From positions 17,085-81,084 of the forward strand of contig MU054096.1 of assembly GCA_013239625.1 (NCBI GenBank): a stretch of DNA of 64,000 nt. Direction: 5' to 3'. Under the pieces are notes generated by a model, which saw only the letters and a list, made by a program, of their open reading frames with translations, was not told the origin of the DNA and ran no database searches. This DNA is from Lama guanicoe (lineage: Eukaryota). The position numbers and the translations under genes were made by a program. The stretch's first letter is position 1. Each line of letters opens with the position of its first letter. This document shows, piece by piece, positions 61,997 through 64,000 of the stretch.

Positions 61997-64000
61997 TGAG
62001 AGCTGCATGATCGTGAAAGTTACTTAATCTCCCTGCACAACGGGTTCTACATCATTACAATAGAAATAATAACAGTAGTATGTAGTTTTAGAGTTATTAT
62101 GAAAACTAAGTGACTTGGAATTTATAAAGCACTTGCTATGTGCCAGGCATACTTCTAAGTGCTTTAAATTCTTTTAATCCTCAAAATCATTCCCATGGCA
62201 CAGATGAATCCACTAAGTAAATGAAATCTGTCCTTCCAAATGACACGATGAGATGGGATCACCCAAATGATGCTGGGCATGAGGTCGCAGCAGTGAGCCG
62301 ACCGTCCTGTGCGACACGGGACACAGAGGGACGCAGCACACAGGAGGCGGGTGGTCCAGGCCCACGGGCTTTCAAAGCCCCTTGCCACCACAACTCCCAG
62401 AATCCTGCCTGCGAGAGAGAAGGCAGGCAGCACGCAGAGAACGAGCCTCCTCCTCCTCCTCAAAAGCCATCCCACCACTGTCCGTGCCACTCGTCCAGGA
62501 CTCACAACTGTCACCTGCCACACCCCACTTCCTACACCCAGCCCCTCAGAACACAGCTACAGTGCCTCCTGCTTTTTCTTTCCACAGCATCTACCAAAAC
62601 TTCTTTTATTTCAAGGCAACTAATGGGCTTGTAATGAATTATTTTCTTTCTTTCATTTCTTTTTTTTCCTAATTACAAACCAATTTCTCAGTTCCCTATG
62701 GCTTTAAGTGCAGGAAAAAAAAACTGAATTCCTGCTCAAGGCAAATTACTTCAAGGTTCATGAAAGCAAAACTTCTGATGAAGCCTCCAACCAGCTTTGT
62801 ACTTTTCCTTTGCTTCAACAACCCTGGGCAATCCTTTTGCTCGAAGTATTTGGTTTGCCGGGACTGTGATGGAGGGGCCCCTCCCCCTCAGCGTGTCTCT
62901 GGCCCAACTTCTGTCGGGACAGAACTGTCCTGCAGAACAGCAGGCCCTACGGTGGTGAAGCAAGGTCCGCAGAGACACGCGGGGAAGACAGGACAAGAGG
63001 AGGCAGTGAGGGGAGGGCCTGGCTCCAGAGAGATTCGGATGAAGCACACCCAGCTCTTTGCAATTCTCTGCCCAAACCCACGAGGTTCACTTCCGCTGCA
63101 ACCGCTTAACCGGCCATCTTGGCTTATTATCAAAGGACAGGCCAGGTCTTGTGAGAACAGAAACTCAGGTGAGTGGGCCTTAATCCCAGGTTTCCTTTTT
63201 CAAACGGACTGCAAAAAATCTGCGAGCCTAATGTGCAGCCAACTGGCATTTTCTGATGGGCATTTCCTCTGGACTCTGACTTTGCTTTGTTTCCAAGCCT
63301 TGCTTTTCTTTTATAATAATCTGAACACTTTATGTATCTTTATGTTCTTTCTGGAGCAATCAAGATACAAATAAATTCTTGATTTATTCACTATAATATC
63401 TTACTTCTACAAATATCTCCACATTACTTTACAGAAAAAAAGAATAGGGTGTTCAGAGGAACATTTATTAAATTATTTAAAATTGCAAATGCATGGAAGT
63501 TTTATAAACAGAATTAAGAATGAATTTTGTGACCCTCGGGATCTTTATATAAATAAGCTGTTTGTTATTTTCATTTTTTCTCAGAACTATCTACTTTCTG
63601 AATAATTCAAGCATTACAAACACGCATTTTTGAATGCTGAAATACTTTACAAAAAGACACACTGTGTGAACTTGTCAGACAACAGACTGCAAATTCTAAA
63701 ATTGGTTAAAGGGAGGAAACTCTTAAATTCACTTTCATGAAGCCGGCCGGGTGTTAACAAGGGAGTGGCATTGAAAGGAGGCACAACAGATCCACTGAGT
63801 GTGGGCTTCAAAGCTGCACAAACAGAGCCAAAACTCATCACACATGTCTCTTCAACCCTGGCCAGAGGGTTATATGTGCCCACGAGGTCACTGAATTTTT
63901 AAGTTACAATTCAATTTGGCAAAAACTGACCAAGAACTCACCGAATACAGGATACAGTGAACCAGAGGCTAAAGTCAAAATTGCTAGCATTGGGAAACAT

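Noticed and set aside
62760..63374. 204-aa ORF on the plus strand
   Set aside because: No recognisable homology or splice support; antisense to NEK10 and likely chance.
59521..64000. NEK10 start-codon exons (MPDQDKK..., DYSDLKRLR...)
   Set aside because: Not found by eye; presumed upstream of the window end.
1..64000. CRISPR arrays, operons or prokaryotic systems
   Set aside because: The sequence is spliced mammalian DNA with no repeat-spacer arrays.

Overview
Mammalian genomic DNA with two N-gaps. A recurrent tRNA-Ala-derived SINE suggests a camelid (inference). The whole window lies inside NEK10 on the minus strand. I traced 20 consecutive GT-AG coding exons (59520 down to 12494; 1958 nt, frame intact), covering the ARM-repeat region and the kinase domain up to GTILYSC. 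The first coding exons and the rest of the kinase/C-terminus lie outside the window. The introns are a mosaic of L1, L2, MIR, hAT MITEs, LTRs and tRNA-SINEs. Highlights: (1) a heavily decayed Ty3/Gypsy gag-pol fossil (about 51880-55240, + strand) with zinc knuckle, protease, RT, RNase H and integrase motifs in canonical order; (2) an L1-retroposed, polyadenylated ERV1 (MER41-like) transcript with a 17-bp TSD; (3) two candidate alternative NEK10 exons in the last intron; (4) GC-biased, fast-diverging exons; (5) several nested, inverted or transduced insertions. Repeat family names and human comparisons come from recalled consensus sequences, not database searches, and repeat boundaries are approximate.
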